DNA of 20,000 nt from an uncultured virus (IMG/VR IMGVR_UViG_3300022555_000044) (Duplodnaviria > Heunggongvirae > Uroviricota > Caudoviricetes): the IMG/VR virus record IMGVR_UViG_3300022555_000044; one strand, 5' to 3'. The position numbers and the translations under genes are program-made. Every line of letters starts with the position of its first letter. Position 1 is the stretch's first letter. The notes under the pieces were generated by a model, which did no database searches, was not told the DNA's origin, and worked only from the letters and a program-made list of their open reading frames with translations. Of the stretch, positions 18,326 through 20,000 are shown one piece after another.

Positions 18326-18592
18326 ATGATCTTAGTTGGATTAGAAGATTGTCCTACTTGTAAAATTGCTAAAAAGATATTACCGGCTGCGGAATATGTA
18401 GAATTGAAAAAAGGTAAACTTGGAGAGGCGACTCTGCCAGAAATTCGAGATATTAAACGAGCACTTGGAAAACTAAATTCTAGTGGTCATTTTCCAGTTA
18501 TTTTGAATGATGATAAAACGAAAATGATCAATACTGAAATTTTATTAGATAATTTGAGTATTACTAAATTAGAACAACTTCTTGATTCTTAA
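18326..18592 (+). CDS. Glutaredoxin/NrdH-like redoxin
   Basis: 88 aa with CPTC near the N-terminus and the FPVI cis-Pro motif. Confidence 0.7.
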   Translation: MILVGLEDCPTCKIAKKILPAAEYVELKKGKLGEATLPEIRDIKRALGKLNSSGHFPVILNDDKTKMINTEILLDNLSITKLEQLLDS

Positions 18593-18662
18593 GTAGAATA
18601 AATTAAAATGTATTCGGCACGATATATCAATAAGAACATTTAACCCCAAGGGAGATACACAC

Positions 18663-19202
18663 ATGAGCATGTTAGCTAAAGAAGACCGCAAAGATCTAGT
18701 ATGGGCGATGAGAACTTCACTACTTGAGTCAGTAAGAAGTGGTATTCTTACTGAGGGCAAGAAAGCTGCAGCGGAGAACTTCATTATCAATGAAGCAACT
18801 TATGAACAGCTTTTGAATCTTGCTTTTAATCCTGAAAGAGATACTAATTATAAGTCAACTCAGGTTCTTGAGAAAGTTGCTCTTGAATCTTATAATTCAA
18901 TTCTTGAATCTGCTCAGACTGAAGAAGTAACTACTGAAGAAGTAGTTGAAGAATCAGTTTTTGCTAAGCTTGAAAAATCAGTACAAGTTCAAGAGGGTGT
19001 GATGGCAAAAGCTAAAACTATGTATAACAAGATGAGTGAGAAAGCTAAAGAAAAAGCCGGATCATTTACAAAATGGTATAAAGAACTTCCAAAGAGCAAG
19101 AAAGTTGCATTGATTGGCGGAGCTGCTGCTGGAGCCGGAGCTGCTGCTGTTGGTACTGCCAAGTATCTAAAGCATCGTCGCGAAAAGAAAGCTGCTAAGT
19201 AA
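18663..19202 (+). CDS. Putative virion internal pre-protein, paralogue 1 (conserved leader, acidic linker, one basic/hydrophobic module)
   Basis: GGGAG RBS. The N-terminal ~80 aa are shared with the next gene. C-terminal VALIGGAAAGAGAAAVG plus a KHRREKK tail. Confidence 0.75.
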   Translation: MSMLAKEDRKDLVWAMRTSLLESVRSGILTEGKKAAAENFIINEATYEQLLNLAFNPERDTNYKSTQVLEKVALESYNSILESAQTEEVTTEEVVEESVFAKLEKSVQVQEGVMAKAKTMYNKMSEKAKEKAGSFTKWYKELPKSKKVALIGGAAAGAGAAAVGTAKYLKHRREKKAAK

Positions 19203-19228
19203 TAATTACTTGTGGTTTTCGATATCGA

Positions 19229-19265
19229 GCCACCTTTCATTTTTAATGAGGGGTGGCGCTTTTTT
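19229..19265 (+). terminator. Rho-independent terminator
   Basis: Stem GCCACCTTTCATT / AATGAGGGGTGGC followed by a T-tract at 19260-19265, directly after a stop codon. Confidence 0.8.
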
Positions 19266-19293
19266 ACATATAAAATTTAAGGAGAAAGATATC

Positions 19294-20000
19294 ATGAGTA
19301 TTCTAACAAAAGAAGATCGTAAAGATCTTGTATGGTCAATGAGAATGTCTTTACTTGAATCGGTAAAAACTTCAGATGTTCTTACTGAGGGTAAGAAAGC
19401 TGCTGCTAGAGATTTTATTATCAATGAAGCAACTTATGAACAGCTTTTGAATCTTGCTTTTAATCCTGAAAGAGAAACTAATTATAAGAAAGTTGAAGTT
19501 CTTGAGAAAGTTGCTCTTGAAACTTATGCATCTATTCAAGAAGCACTTCCTGCATCCGGTATGTTACAAAATGCTGCTAGAAAAACTGGTGCCTTTATAA
19601 GAGCTAAACCGAAAACAGCTGCTGCTATCGCTGGTGGTAGCTTACTTGCAGCCGGTGCTGTTGGTCGTGCAACTGCTCCTAGACGTGAAAATGTAGAAGA
19701 GAGTGCTAAAGAAAAAGCTAAACAAATTATGGGTACAGTAAAAGATACAGCAATAAAAGGTGTAAAGAAATCAGGTAATATTATCGCCAAACATCCACAT
19801 ACTGCAGTATTGGGTGGTATTGCTGTTGGTGCTTCAGCAGCCCATGCTCTTAAGAAACGTCGCGACAAGAAAATGAATGAAGCTGTAGTAACTGAAGCAC
19901 ATGAAGATAACGAAGCATATAAGAGTGGAGCAAACCAGGATAGATTTGCGAGATTTGGTCGCAGATTTATAACCGAACTTAAAGGTCTTGGAAGACAAAT
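19294..20000 (+). CDS. 3'-truncated paralogue 2 (conserved leader plus several peptide modules); absent from the ORF track
   Basis: AAGGAG RBS and ATG 19294. Manual translation MSILTKEDRKDLVWSMRMSLLESVK... stays open to the window end. Confidence 0.88.
   Translation, partial: MSILTKEDRKDLVWSMRMSLLESVKTSDVLTEGKKAAARDFIINEATYEQLLNLAFNPERETNYKKVEVLEKVALETYASIQEALPASGMLQNAARKTGAFIRAKPKTAAAIAGGSLLAAGAVGRATAPRRENVEESAKEKAKQIMGTVKDTAIKGVKKSGNIIAKHPHTAVLGGIAVGASAAHALKKRRDKKMNEAVVTEAHEDNEAYKSGANQDRFARFGRRFITELKGLGRQ

Larger units (their letters stand above)
18663..19527 (+). repeat. Direct repeat of a ~230-nt leader-coding region (about 18663-18893 and 19294-19527)
   Basis: Near-identical sequence, including a 59-nt exact match at 18783-18841 and 19417-19475. 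Confidence 0.92.

Noticed and set aside
17247..19275. ATATAAAA upstream of the actin gene (about 17248) and paralogue 2 (about 19268) as a second promoter class or archaeal TATA box
   Set aside because: Only two such instances in very AT-rich DNA, which cannot be distinguished from chance here.
700..19330. Frequent palindromes (AGATCT, TCTAGA, GATC) suggesting no restriction-site avoidance because the DNA is modified
   Set aside because: Not quantified against a Markov expectation, and lack of avoidance is not diagnostic of modification.
3432..19868. Minus-strand ORFs in the track (3432, 5802, 10237, 11031, 13147, 16200, 17112, 18569, 18989, 19206, 19536) and nested + ORFs 16126 and 16913
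   Set aside because: They are shadows of well-supported + strand genes, with no recognisable motifs.
1..20000. Possible stop-codon recoding, since no called gene ends in TAG and all TGA stops fall in ATGA contexts
   Set aside because: Genes are full length and tightly packed under the standard code, so there is no fragmentation to explain. AT bias and translational coupling suffice.

Overview
AT-rich, densely coding 20 kb segment with all credible genes on the + strand, most consistent with a large (jumbo/T4-like) tailed phage of an anaerobic host. In order it holds: (1) a 7-deazaguanine cluster (queE, NDT-family N-glycosidase/transferase, queC, small MazG-like protein) with a free-standing endonuclease gene after queE; (2) large unknown ORFs and a probable virion protein containing a degenerate PEP-utiliser swivel domain; (3) a 5'-3' exonuclease, a second related endonuclease and thyX; (4) a gp13-like neck protein whose RBS lies in a predicted hairpin; (5) a RuvC-like resolvase and a stand-alone LigD 3'-phosphoesterase; (6) class III RNR genes nrdG-nrdD; (7) a volactin-like actin homologue and a CxxC redoxin; (8) two tandem paralogues sharing an ~80-aa leader followed by Glu-delimited cationic, Gly/Ala-rich peptide modules. 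The most notable candidates are the leader-plus-peptide polyprotein family, the viral actin, and a possible pre-replicative deazaguanine pathway. Family calls come from motifs recognised by eye and memory; no searches were run.
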